DNA from: an uncultured Gammaproteobacteria bacterium
GTDB taxonomy: Bacteria > Patescibacteriota > Microgenomatia > Levybacterales > UBA12049
Assembly (NCBI GenBank): GCA_964503265.1
Contig: CAZCYO010000004.1
Coordinates: forward strand, 3,191 to 67,190
DNA: 64,000 bases
Direction of reading: 5' to 3'
In this document: positions 27,449 to 36,397 of the stretch, in pieces
Layout: every line of letters begins with the position of its first letter
Numbering within the stretch: the first letter of the stretch is position 1
Made by a program: the position numbers and the translations under genes
Notes under the pieces: model-generated
Seen by the model: the letters and a program-made list of their open reading frames with translations, nothing else
Databases searched by the model: none
What the model was told of the DNA's origin: nothing

Positions 27449-27533
27449 GCTGGATTGGCGGAGTAGTCAATCGCATCAGACTGTAGATCTGACGCCCGGA
27501 AGGGCTACGGAGGTGCAAATCCTTCATCCAGCA
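27449..27533 (+). tRNA. tRNA-Tyr (anticodon GTA), type II long variable arm, CCA not encoded
   Basis: Acceptor GCTGGAT/ATCCAGC; anticodon arm TCAGA-CTGTAGA-TCTGA; variable arm CGCCCGGAAGGGCTAC; T-arm GGAGG-TGCAAAT-CCTTC. The D-loop lacks a GG pair, which is unusual. Confidence 0.7.
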
Positions 27534-27538
27534 CACCT

Positions 27539-27612
27539 GCCGATGTGGCTCAGTGGTAGAGCACGTTCTTGGTAAGAACGGGGTCATGGGTCCGATTCCC
27601 ATCATCGGCTCA
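27539..27612 (+). tRNA. tRNA-Thr (anticodon GGT), CCA not encoded
   Basis: Acceptor GCCGATG/CATCGGC; D-arm GCTC-AGTGGTA-GAGC; anticodon arm CGTTC-TTGGTAA-GAACG; T-arm ATGGG-TCCGATT-CCCAT. Confidence 0.85.
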
Positions 27613-27688
27613 TTTTTGAATTCTTACCCTCTTGACTCATTAATTCCCTGTGTGTAATAGTTAAATCAGTTACTCGACTGTATTAACT

Positions 27689-28480
27689 ATGTTTAATAAG
27701 ATTTTGCTCGGAATTGGTGGTTTTGTATTAGCACTTGGATTACTTTCGATTGCAGGAAGTTCCATGATCCAATCACCAAATGTATACGAAACTCCAAAAA
27801 ATATATTTGACGGATTTTTTCTCGTCCCCTTTCTTATTACACTCCCGCTCTTTCTCATAAAATATTCCACAGATAGACTGCGCACCTTAAATATTCATAT
27901 AAAATCAAGCTGGATATTTATTTTCTCATGCATCTGTCTCGTTGTTGTCCTCTTCTCAGCTTTCTATACCACGTATAATTATTTTGTCACGACAAATGAG
28001 ACAATCGAAAAAGAATATGCATCGATCGATATCGCTTACCAAAAACGCTTCAACCTTATTCCAAACATTGCAAAAACAGCAAAAGCATATGGGGATTTAG
28101 AGCTAAGCGTCGTTCAAGAGATATCTGATGCAAGAAAAGCATATAACGGAGCCGCTACTGTAGATGAAAAAGTTCGTGCTGCTAATCAGTTTGACTCTTC
28201 GATGCGAGGATTTATTCTGAATGTTGAGAACTACCCAACGTTAAAAAGTGATGCTTTGTATAATCAAATAATTGAGACTCTTACACGAAGTGAAGAAGAA
28301 ATTGCGGAAGCTAAAAAGTTCTATAACAACGATGTGTCCCTTTTTAATCAATCAGCAAAAGTATTTCCTACTGTTATTATCGCACGAATGGCAGGATACA
28401 ACGAAAAAGAGTACTTAAAAGCAGATTTAGGTAAAGAAATATATGATTCAAAGACGCTTCTAGACTCTCTTAAAAAGTAG
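27689..28480 (+). CDS. LemA family protein (with extra N-terminal membrane region)
   Basis: The C-terminal two thirds carry a LemA-like conserved block (YNNDVSLFNQSAKVFPTVIIARMAGYNEKEY). The N-terminus has 2-3 TM helices. Confidence 0.6.
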   Translation: MFNKILLGIGGFVLALGLLSIAGSSMIQSPNVYETPKNIFDGFFLVPFLITLPLFLIKYSTDRLRTLNIHIKSSWIFIFSCICLVVVLFSAFYTTYNYFVTTNETIEKEYASIDIAYQKRFNLIPNIAKTAKAYGDLELSVVQEISDARKAYNGAATVDEKVRAANQFDSSMRGFILNVENYPTLKSDALYNQIIETLTRSEEEIAEAKKFYNNDVSLFNQSAKVFPTVIIARMAGYNEKEYLKADLGKEIYDSKTLLDSLKK

Positions 28481-28533
28481 TAAATTCTTCTATACTCATT
28501 TTTTATCCACGTATATATTTTTACGTAAAATCA

Positions 28534-28542
28534 TGGTATAAT
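28534..28542 (+). promoter_or_regulatory. Extended -10 promoter element (TGgTATAAT) 9 nt upstream of the rpmG start codon
   Basis: tggtataat at 28534-28542; the ATG is at 28552. No Shine-Dalgarno between them. Confidence 0.4.
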
Positions 28543-28551
28543 GCTTAGATT

Positions 28552-28725
28552 ATGGCAAAAGGCGAACACAGAATAAAAATTGGACTTGTATGCAGTGTCT
28601 GTAAACACCGCAATTACATTACAGAAAAAAATAAGATGGAAACACCTGAAAAGCTTCTGTTAAAAAAATTCTGCAACAAATGTAGAAAAATCACAGATCA
28701 TAAAGAGACTGAGAAACTAAAATAG
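28552..28725 (+). CDS. rpmG: 50S ribosomal protein L33
   Basis: 'MAKGEHRIKIGLVCSVCKHRNYITEKNKMETPEKLLLKKFCNKCRKITDHKETEKLK' carries the bL33 Cys4 zinc ribbon and 'NY.T.KNK' signature. At 57 aa it is below the ORF-track length cut-off. Confidence 0.85.
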   Translation: MAKGEHRIKIGLVCSVCKHRNYITEKNKMETPEKLLLKKFCNKCRKITDHKETEKLK

Positions 28726-28766
28726 CTTAGGGCATAGAGCAAAGTGCTTAGGTGTGTTAAAATATG

Positions 28767-28790
28767 AGCGTACAACAGTACGCTTTTTTT
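28767..28790 (+). terminator. Rho-independent terminator after rpmG
   Basis: agcgtac / aaca / gtacgct followed by ttttttt. Confidence 0.6.
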
Positions 28791-28846
28791 GTACCTAACT
28801 TCCCTATCGTTTGTTATTTGGAATTTAGGATTTAGAGGTTAACCCT

Positions 28847-28918
28847 AGGGGTGTGGTGAAATGGTTATCACAGCAGTCTCCAAAACTGCTTTTCACGGTT
28901 CGAGTCCGTGCACCCCTG
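28847..28918 (+). tRNA. tRNA-Trp (anticodon CCA), CCA end not encoded
   Basis: Acceptor AGGGGTG/CACCCCT; D-arm GTGA-AATGGTTA-TCAC; anticodon arm GCAGT-CTCCAAA-ACTGC; T-arm CACGG-TTCGAGT-CCGTG. The rpmG then tRNA-Trp order is the conserved arrangement. Confidence 0.85.
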
Positions 28919-28969
28919 CAATATTGTTGACATTGCCTTCCATTTCTTCAAAAATATAAGTAGAAGTCT

Positions 28970-29593
28970 ATGAATAGGTTGCTGTTACTCCTTATCCTAT
29001 ATTTCATCTTAAAAGGACTATGGTATCTCATAAATAATCCTGCTAAGAAACTAAATGAGTCAGTGTTTAGTGAGGGCGAAAAACCTCATGAGCTGCGCGA
29101 CTTAACAAAAGCAGAATTACGACTTCTCACTGACCAAATCAATCGAGCAAAAGTTGCGATAGCTATCTCGATCCTGCCGCTGATTTTCTGTCTTAGTGTC
29201 GGTGTCATACATGCAACATATTCGACCCTCAATGTAACTTCTATTATTAATTTTCTCTACGGAATTCCCTATATGATTAGCACAGGACTTTCATTGTTTC
29301 TTGTATTGGAAGGATATAATACTTATCAACGTCTTACTGCTGATAAAAAAACTAAGATTTATAAAGTAACGGGGAAAGTATTTATCTTCAAACAACTCTT
29401 TTTGCGCTACCCTCGGTACATCGTGATCCAAAAAATTATTTTTCGACTTCATGATCCAGCAAATACATTTGCCTTTAAATTCAAGCCTTGGCCTATATTG
29501 GAACAACTAAACACCTATAAAAACGGAGATTCCTTGGAAATCGAATACTCCCCGATCTCGAAACATATCTGGAGAGTAACTCTGCATTCATAA
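28970..29593 (+). CDS. Hypothetical membrane protein
   Basis: 207 aa with 3 TM segments. No family recognised. It occupies the place where secE-nusG usually follow tRNA-Trp. Confidence 0.4.
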   Translation: MNRLLLLLILYFILKGLWYLINNPAKKLNESVFSEGEKPHELRDLTKAELRLLTDQINRAKVAIAISILPLIFCLSVGVIHATYSTLNVTSIINFLYGIPYMISTGLSLFLVLEGYNTYQRLTADKKTKIYKVTGKVFIFKQLFLRYPRYIVIQKIIFRLHDPANTFAFKFKPWPILEQLNTYKNGDSLEIEYSPISKHIWRVTLHS

Positions 29594-29686
29594 CTTATCA
29601 TCCCGTTTCTATTTATTATTATTAGGCACGAATGTTATACAACTTGTGCAGGAATCGAACCTCTTATTGACTTTTCTTTTATTTGA

Positions 29687-30535
29687 TTGTCATACTTTGT
29701 ATACATGGACGGACAAAATTCTCAACAGCCAGTACCTCAACAACAGCCCGTCATGGCTCAAATACCAGCTCCGTACCCTCACATACTAATAATGGTTCTG
29801 ATTGGACTAATGATGTTCGGAGTAGGGTTAGGTGGGGGATATTTTCTGTTTGCAAATAAAGCGCGACCTGTTTCAGAGACACTAACTAAACAAGTTACAC
29901 CGACAACGATAACAACCATATCAGACGCAAATACGACTTCTTGGAATACTCTAAAGAATGAGACAGGGTTTAGTCTTCAATATCCCCCTACATATAAAGT
30001 ATTTGGAGAGAATATGACAGGAGATGCAAAAAAAGATTCTTCAATTTCTTTACTAAAGATGGATGAATCTACCAAACTGTATCATTCCATATATATCTTT
30101 GTAACCGATAAATCACAAACTGTTAATAACAATGTATCGTTACAACAAATTGTACAAAACGATTTTAAATCAAGTAGAGGACAAATAATAAAACCAGTAC
30201 AAGAGATCTCTGTTGATAACAATACCGCGTATACGTATTCTGTACTCGATAATGGTTTTCAAGGAAAAGATGCAGGTATTGCATTTATTAAAAGTGAGAA
30301 ACCAGAAGAAATTAACGTTATTGAAGTAGATAAGGAAAATAAGCATTATGTAATAATGTATATTAATAATCCTATTAACGAAAGAATTATCTCTACCTTT
30401 ACATTTACTGCTAACGAAGTAGGACTTGGAGAGACCTGTTTAGGACGTTCTACAAATGTCTGCTCCAATGGACTAAACTGTCGTCAAGCAGAAGGATCTG
30501 CCGCTGATGCTCCAGGAATTTGTGTAAAAAGATAG
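29687..30535 (+). CDS. Hypothetical membrane-anchored extracellular protein with Cys-containing C-terminal module
   Basis: Gln/Pro-rich N-terminus, one TM helix, a Thr-rich linker, and a C-terminal 'GETCLGRSTNVCSNGLNCRQ...GICVKR' segment with four Cys. Confidence 0.45.
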   Translation: MSYFVYMDGQNSQQPVPQQQPVMAQIPAPYPHILIMVLIGLMMFGVGLGGGYFLFANKARPVSETLTKQVTPTTITTISDANTTSWNTLKNETGFSLQYPPTYKVFGENMTGDAKKDSSISLLKMDESTKLYHSIYIFVTDKSQTVNNNVSLQQIVQNDFKSSRGQIIKPVQEISVDNNTAYTYSVLDNGFQGKDAGIAFIKSEKPEEINVIEVDKENKHYVIMYINNPINERIISTFTFTANEVGLGETCLGRSTNVCSNGLNCRQAEGSAADAPGICVKR

Positions 30536-30597
30536 TTTCTAATATTTTTACTTAGAACCTTTGTTTAAGGATAAAAATATACTTATTTGAGGAAGAA

Positions 30598-31131
30598 TTA
30601 AAATGGATAGCCTTTAAGACCCTGGATCCCTTTAAGAACAGCTACTTCTCCCATGATCGAGTAAATATGACCACTAATGAGATTCGCGATAAAGTCATAG
30701 ACTTTTTTCGGTTCCATACCAAATGCACTCATATCGACATCTTTTTCTAAATCTTCAGCAGAGAGTGATGCGACATATTCTTCACTCGCTGCATACACTG
30801 CTTTCGTATATTCACGAAACTGACGTATATCCACTTTTACCTCTTTTAACCACTTAGGATATGCTACTTGCCATTCCATAGGGTGGAGTTCACTCGCACC
30901 TGTTTTATCTTTAAATGTCGTTTCACAGAGCGGTTCAGTCTTTTTTAGAAAGTTATGAATGAAAAGATCTTCTGAAAATATGAGATGCGCATATGTGCCG
31001 GCGATGGGATTTGCTTTGGCTGGGGGCATGAAGTGCGCGACTTCGTCAGTCACACCCTCCATCGTCTGCTCAAGTGCACCATGTGCTGCTTTTAATTGCT
31101 CAACTAATATCTGTGTGGCGAGATTATTCAT
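30598..31131 (-). CDS. DinB/YfiT-like four-helix-bundle protein (putative)
   Basis: 177 aa, helical, with His residues spaced as in DinB_2 family members (EVAHF..., YAHLIFSEDL...). Weak assignment. Confidence 0.3.
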   Translation of the reverse strand: MNNLATQILVEQLKAAHGALEQTMEGVTDEVAHFMPPAKANPIAGTYAHLIFSEDLFIHNFLKKTEPLCETTFKDKTGASELHPMEWQVAYPKWLKEVKVDIRQFREYTKAVYAASEEYVASLSAEDLEKDVDMSAFGMEPKKVYDFIANLISGHIYSIMGEVAVLKGIQGLKGYPF

Positions 31132-31244
31132 ATTATTTAGTATACCAGATAATCTATGGTACTAAAGGTAAGATAAGGAAAATAGAATAATACTATACTC
31201 GTAGAATTATTGACTTACCCTTTTATACTTGAAATACTTACAGT

Positions 31245-31547
31245 ATGGAAATGGAGACAACTGCGCAATCTACACCGCTCGTTACAGAACCAACTCAACA
31301 GGAAGTACCCCAAATAGTTGAGAATAAAAGTAAAAAAAAGCTTGTTATGGTGGTGTCACTTATCAGTCTCCTCTTTATTTCTGGAGGATACTATGTCTAC
31401 CAACGATATATGAAATCACATTATCCAGTTCTCACTGAAAAATCAGCTACTACACCAGTAACTCCTGAGAAAAAAGAAAATCTTAATCCTAATTCTGGGA
31501 ATTTATATAAGGATATAAAAATACGCATGAAAGAGGTGTTGCAATGA
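31245..31547 (+). CDS. Small membrane-anchored hypothetical protein
   Basis: 100 aa with a single TM helix. Its stop overlaps the start of the next ORF. Confidence 0.35.
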   Translation: MEMETTAQSTPLVTEPTQQEVPQIVENKSKKKLVMVVSLISLLFISGGYYVYQRYMKSHYPVLTEKSATTPVTPEKKENLNPNSGNLYKDIKIRMKEVLQ

Positions 31548-32707
31548 AAAAAATAGTTTTCGTGCTGCTTCTTTTTATGGTCGGAATCGTCACTGTCCCG
31601 ACTGCTCACGCGAAAATATGGAGTCGTAATTTGATTACGAAAGCAATCCTTTCAAATGGATTTATGGCTTCTATCTGCCCGACGAACATGTCGTCTACTG
31701 AAGTACTTGATCCTGTCGCAACTATGGAAACAGATGATGTACCACAGATAAAGAATTCCGACTGTACAGGAAACGATGAAGAGGTGTTATTTGGAGATAT
31801 TACTCTTGAATTTAAAGAGGGAGGAACGGGAAAAGAATATATCATTCTCTATAACGACGATTTACTTCGCGCAGATACTTTTCAATTTGGCTATTATAAA
31901 AACTGGTCACTTGGCGCTGTCGCTCCTCCAAATGCTGATGGAAAAACGTATCACGGATTAAAATCTGTCATGGCAGACACGCTCTTTAAAACAGATATCG
32001 CAGTTCCGGATCTTCAAGAAAAGATACCTGAGAGTGGATTTCTAACTGTGTACGGAAAAGATGGAACAATCGATCACACCTACTTCGTGTTTAAAGCGAA
32101 AGTATATAAAGTAACTGAGATTAAAAAAGAAGTAACAGACAAAATTCTCGTAGATTACACTGTTCCAAGCGAACCCACCCAAGTAAATAATCAAGATATA
32201 ACACCGACGGTATTACCCACTTCTTCAGCAACAAATAATACAAAAATCTACCAGAATACGACGTATAAATTTACATTCTCCTATCCAGACTTTTTTATTC
32301 AGGAAAAATCTACTCCCGAAGCACTTGCTAGTTTTGCAGGCAAAGAGAATCGAATTAGTGTCAGTGTTGATCAAAAACCATTTAATGATTTCACCTATAT
32401 GGACTTATCAGCCACAGAATATAAATATGATTTGGTTAACAAAAAATGGATGAATATCACAAGTCCTGCAAAAGAAGTAACAGAAATTAAAAAAGTTCCA
32501 GGCAGTCTTGAGGCGTATGAAGCGGGATTTGGAGATGGGATGTGCGGAGGAAGTATTTTCTTCATTCCTTCGCCTACTTACTCATATGTCATACGATTAT
32601 CAACGACAATCTGTGCACATATGAATGAGAAAACACAGCTTTTTGAAACCCCAGAATACAAACTATCTAATACAGATATCCTCTCCTCATTTACCTTTAC
32701 TAAATAA
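31544..32707 (+). CDS. Secreted hypothetical protein
   Basis: Signal peptide MKKIVFVLLLFMVGIVTVPTAHA, then 360 aa with no recognisable motif. Confidence 0.45.
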   Translation: MKKIVFVLLLFMVGIVTVPTAHAKIWSRNLITKAILSNGFMASICPTNMSSTEVLDPVATMETDDVPQIKNSDCTGNDEEVLFGDITLEFKEGGTGKEYIILYNDDLLRADTFQFGYYKNWSLGAVAPPNADGKTYHGLKSVMADTLFKTDIAVPDLQEKIPESGFLTVYGKDGTIDHTYFVFKAKVYKVTEIKKEVTDKILVDYTVPSEPTQVNNQDITPTVLPTSSATNNTKIYQNTTYKFTFSYPDFFIQEKSTPEALASFAGKENRISVSVDQKPFNDFTYMDLSATEYKYDLVNKKWMNITSPAKEVTEIKKVPGSLEAYEAGFGDGMCGGSIFFIPSPTYSYVIRLSTTICAHMNEKTQLFETPEYKLSNTDILSSFTFTK

Positions 32708-32983
32708 CCAAATAACTCCTCATTCAAAAGAAGCTAAACCTCTCTTCTTCATCATCAAAAAACAGGTGTGTATTTCTTTTTTTCAAAAAATTCTACTATA
32801 GGTTTACTTTCTTTTTATTTTTCAGTATAATTATAGGACTCATGTTCGCCCTTCGTGATGGCTGGGCGCACGCGTAGAGACGTGGACTACGGCAATTGCT
32901 GCCAGTGTCCCCTTCTCTACAATGGGGATCTTTGACATAGCAACGGAAGAATTGAAATTACACACAACAGAAAGGATGACTCG

Positions 32984-35149
32984 ATGCGTGATATTCGAGA
33001 TACACTCCGGCAAGCCGGAGATCTCGTCGACGGTGTCCGCGAACTCCGTGAGGAGTTTCGCACTCCAGAAGCTACCGAACGAACCCTCACCGTAAAAACG
33101 GAGACTGGGGGCGGTTTCCTGTGGTTCGGTGGAAGGCGTGTGGTAGTCCCCGCTGATGAGGTACACGTCGTATCTGGTGGTGGTCTGCTAACTGCTTTCC
33201 TCTCGAATAACGTTGAAATCTACGGTGCAGCTGCTGGCAAGCCGGTCATTTACCGGCGGAACAAATTCACGAACGTGACCGCTATGCGGACTATCACGTT
33301 CATCGTGCCTGTCTCCGGTGTCAGGGTGCTTGACAAAAATCACGTTCCCTACACAGTGACCGCCCACGTTTCAGGGCATCTGAATGTCGAGAAAGCACTC
33401 GAAGCAGCTCGTCAGGTTGGCAACAACATCTCCTCGTTGATCTCTCAGATCGAAGAGGTCACTGATGCCGAACTTCGTACTGCTGCTGCTAAGCTGACGC
33501 TGGCAGAGGTCCTTCAAGACCAGCAAGCATTGGCTGACTCTGCCCAAACGAAAGTCAATGCCACACTGGTCGAGTTGGGCTATACGCTGAACCTCCTGAA
33601 AATTCAGGATGTCTCAGGTGAAGCCTACGAGAAGCTCGTCACCCAAGCCTTGGTGGAGGTCACCAGGGACAGCACTGTCCGCATCAATGCGGCGGAGCTG
33701 ACAACCAACCAGAGCAACAACGAACGTCTGCGAACTGAAGCTGAGGTTACGGCTGCGACCCGTCGTGGGACGGAAGCACAGGGCCTCGAAGCAGATCGCG
33801 ACGTTCAGCTCTCTAGGCTGGGAACTGAGAACGAACTGTCGATTCGGCAACACGCTCTGACGCTTGAACAAACAAGGCGTAAGAGCGAAGCAGCCCAAGA
33901 ACAGCAACGACTCGGTCTCCAGCAAGTTGAGCTCGACAAGGGCGTTGAGCTGGCTCAAGTCCAGCGCAATGCTCAGGTCAAGCAGACTCAACAGGAGCTC
34001 GATCAGAAGCTCGCCTTCCAGACAAGCGAGGCGGATGCAACCCGCAGGGCTGCTGAGCAGCAGAGGGATCAGGAGCGCAAAGCTGCGCTGACTGAGGCCG
34101 AGGCCACTCGCCTTGCTCGCGAAGAGTCCGCAAAGGCGGAACGCGATCGGGCTGTGAAGCTCGTCGAAGCAGAAGCAGCGGCACAAGCGCTTCATGTTCG
34201 AACACAGGCTGAAGCACAGGCAGCCGGTATCCTCGTTGAATCAGAGACACAGGCTGAACTGCTTCGCGCTAAGCGCGTTGCCGAAGCTGAAAGTGTCCGT
34301 GTCGATGGGGAAACCAGGAGCTTGCTGCTTCGCGCTCAACGTGACGCTGAAGGCGCACTACAAGTCGCTCAGGCGGAAAAAGTCCGCGCTGAGGCAACTC
34401 GTGCACATGATGCAGCACCCGGTCTCGCTAAGGCTGACGTTGCCGCCCGTGAGGTGGAAATTGAAGCCGCACGCGTAACCGTCCTTCGGGATAAGGGTCT
34501 CGCTGAGGTCGAAGTTGCTGGCAAGCAAAATCAGGTGGAACTTGATCGCCAACGTGGCGAGAGTGACATCCAGATTACAGCCCAGCAGCAACTCGCTACT
34601 CTCTACGCGGAAGCTCCGATCCTCGTCGAACTCGAACAGCAACAGCGCCAATTGGCGCATGCGCTCGAGCTCGCCCGGGTCGATGCAGCTGCCCGCGTGC
34701 AGATCATGCAGGCGCTCGCGCCTAACATCCACCTCCACCTCGTTGGTGACGGTGGGAAGCTCAGCCAGTTCCTCTCGCAGGTTCTGGCCTTTGGCGATGC
34801 CTATCAGACGATGGGGGGCACGCTCCCCATGCTCGCTGATGGGTTGCCAAACGGAGTAACTGTCGGCAACAGCCTCGGTGAAACCGCGATGGGCACACTG
34901 TCGCAGGTTCTGCCTGCGATCAGCGCCGCCATCAAAGAGATGGACCCAGGCGTCATGACCACCCTGACGGCGTCCCAACTACTGGACGCAGTCATCCCTG
35001 TCCTCGAAGGTCGCGAGGATGCGCTCTCTGCAGTAACCAAGCTGCGTGGGTCTCTCGCATTCAAGGCAGTAGCCAATCTGCCAGCGATGAGCGTGCTGAA
35101 GCAGTTCGGCATCGACATCACAGGAAGCGAAGCCATCACCGCTTCTTAA
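32984..35149 (+). CDS. Flotillin-like SPFH/band-7 domain protein (high-GC gene)
   Basis: 721 aa. An N-terminal SPFH-like domain is followed by a long Ala/Glu/Gln-rich coiled coil typical of the flotillin C-terminus (EAEAAAQALHVRTQAEAQAAG...). GC is about 60% against a background near 40%. Confidence 0.7.
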   Translation: MRDIRDTLRQAGDLVDGVRELREEFRTPEATERTLTVKTETGGGFLWFGGRRVVVPADEVHVVSGGGLLTAFLSNNVEIYGAAAGKPVIYRRNKFTNVTAMRTITFIVPVSGVRVLDKNHVPYTVTAHVSGHLNVEKALEAARQVGNNISSLISQIEEVTDAELRTAAAKLTLAEVLQDQQALADSAQTKVNATLVELGYTLNLLKIQDVSGEAYEKLVTQALVEVTRDSTVRINAAELTTNQSNNERLRTEAEVTAATRRGTEAQGLEADRDVQLSRLGTENELSIRQHALTLEQTRRKSEAAQEQQRLGLQQVELDKGVELAQVQRNAQVKQTQQELDQKLAFQTSEADATRRAAEQQRDQERKAALTEAEATRLAREESAKAERDRAVKLVEAEAAAQALHVRTQAEAQAAGILVESETQAELLRAKRVAEAESVRVDGETRSLLLRAQRDAEGALQVAQAEKVRAEATRAHDAAPGLAKADVAAREVEIEAARVTVLRDKGLAEVEVAGKQNQVELDRQRGESDIQITAQQQLATLYAEAPILVELEQQQRQLAHALELARVDAAARVQIMQALAPNIHLHLVGDGGKLSQFLSQVLAFGDAYQTMGGTLPMLADGLPNGVTVGNSLGETAMGTLSQVLPAISAAIKEMDPGVMTTLTASQLLDAVIPVLEGREDALSAVTKLRGSLAFKAVANLPAMSVLKQFGIDITGSEAITAS

Positions 35150-35211
35150 TAACACATACGACCGCTGGCACTCGCTAGCGTTCGCACTCTTCCGTGCTAT
35201 GTCATCCCTAA

Positions 35212-35249
35212 GGCGCGAGTGGATCTTCCACTCGCGCCTTTTTCGTTTT
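35212..35249 (+). terminator. Rho-independent terminator after the flotillin gene, preceded by a TGTCATCC head
   Basis: ggcgcgagtgga / tctt / ccactcgcgcc followed by tttttcgtttt. 'tgtcatccc' lies immediately upstream at 35200-35208. Confidence 0.75.
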
Positions 35250-35398
35250 ATAAGAATTATATTCCCCCCTTAAAATAACCACTAGCAATTGATTGAGTTC
35301 AGTTTTTTGTTACAATCGCTCGACTGTTCGTTACATAGCGCATGATAAGAGCCACTCATCCGTTTCTCCAGGGCTCATGTCATATGAATAGTGCTTAA

Positions 35399-36319
35399 TT
35401 ATCGAAGAGATTGTTCCTGAGGAAGATTGAGTAACTCTGAAACTTTTACAAATTCAAATCCTTTTGAAGTAAGTTCTTTTATAATCGCGGGTAATGCGTC
35501 GGCGGTTTTTGGAGCTGTGGGTGCTCCGTTCATGTGAAGAACGATAATCGATCCATTCTGTGTTCGATCAACGACATTTCTGATAATTTGATTTGTGTTT
35601 TCATTAAACCCATCCTCGCCTACTGTATCCCAGTGCACGACTGTGTCACCTATTTGATTGACAAGTTTTACATCATCAGGGGAATAACACCCACCCGGAA
35701 AACGGAATAACTGATTATCAACACCCGCTCTTTCACGAAGTAACTTTTCTGTCGTCCCTAAATCCTCCATCGCAAGAGCACGAGATAGCTCTTTAAGTCC
35801 GAAACATGCTCCATGATATGAACTATCTGTATATGAATGACTTCCTAGTTCAAATAGTGGGTTACGAGCAAATTCTTCAGTCTCTTTCGGATATAACTCA
35901 ATCCACATGCCAGTTAAAAATAATGTGGCTTTTGTTTTCGTTTTATTGAGTATGTCGATGATCCGTTTATCATAGGAGCTTTTAACAGTTCCAGAAACAT
36001 ATGCAGCTTTCATCCCATCAGTCATTTCAGCATCAAAGGTCAGTGCTATCTGTTTTTTATCTCTCGGACCATGCAAAATCACAAGTGGGTTCTCTTCATT
36101 ATTGACTGAATCATAGGGACTTCCCCGCTCAATATAGTTTTCTTCAGGGCGTAACGATTTCTCATTTGACACACCAAGAATATTCTTGGAATTGTGGGCA
36201 AAAGCAAAGTAAGTAACAGCAGAGGAAATACTGATCAGGAGAAAGGTATACACAAAAAGTTTGACGAGTATTGATGAGTTTTTCTTGGCTTTTCGATATA
36301 ATTTCTTTCGTAATTTCAT
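35399..36319 (-). CDS. Polysaccharide deacetylase (NodB homology domain, CE4) family protein
   Basis: N-terminal TM anchor; 'ALTFDAEMTDGM' (CE4 motif 1-like), 'FRFPGG' and 'IIVLHMNGA' blocks. Confidence 0.65.
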   Translation of the reverse strand: MKLRKKLYRKAKKNSSILVKLFVYTFLLISISSAVTYFAFAHNSKNILGVSNEKSLRPEENYIERGSPYDSVNNEENPLVILHGPRDKKQIALTFDAEMTDGMKAAYVSGTVKSSYDKRIIDILNKTKTKATLFLTGMWIELYPKETEEFARNPLFELGSHSYTDSSYHGACFGLKELSRALAMEDLGTTEKLLRERAGVDNQLFRFPGGCYSPDDVKLVNQIGDTVVHWDTVGEDGFNENTNQIIRNVVDRTQNGSIIVLHMNGAPTAPKTADALPAIIKELTSKGFEFVKVSELLNLPQEQSLR

Positions 36320-36397
36320 TTGCCAAATTCTCGCAGGTTATTACAAAAGAGTCAATAAACACTTAATAAAGATATTCCTTCCTGGTACACTACATCC

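Noticed and set aside
32840-33166. Minus-strand 108-aa ORF at the 5' edge of the GC island
   Set aside because: It overlaps the flotillin start on the opposite strand and spans the composition boundary. It is likely spurious.
33614-35139. Numerous ORFs on both strands inside the flotillin gene (33614-34195 -, 33864-34091 +, 33978-34250 -, 34358-34978 -, 34515-34859 +, 34804-35139 -)
   Set aside because: They all overlap one long, motif-bearing ORF in a 60% GC region, where stop codons are rare in every frame. Their translations are Ser/Arg/Ala-rich low-complexity strings. The SPFH/flotillin frame is the only one with recognisable domain structure.
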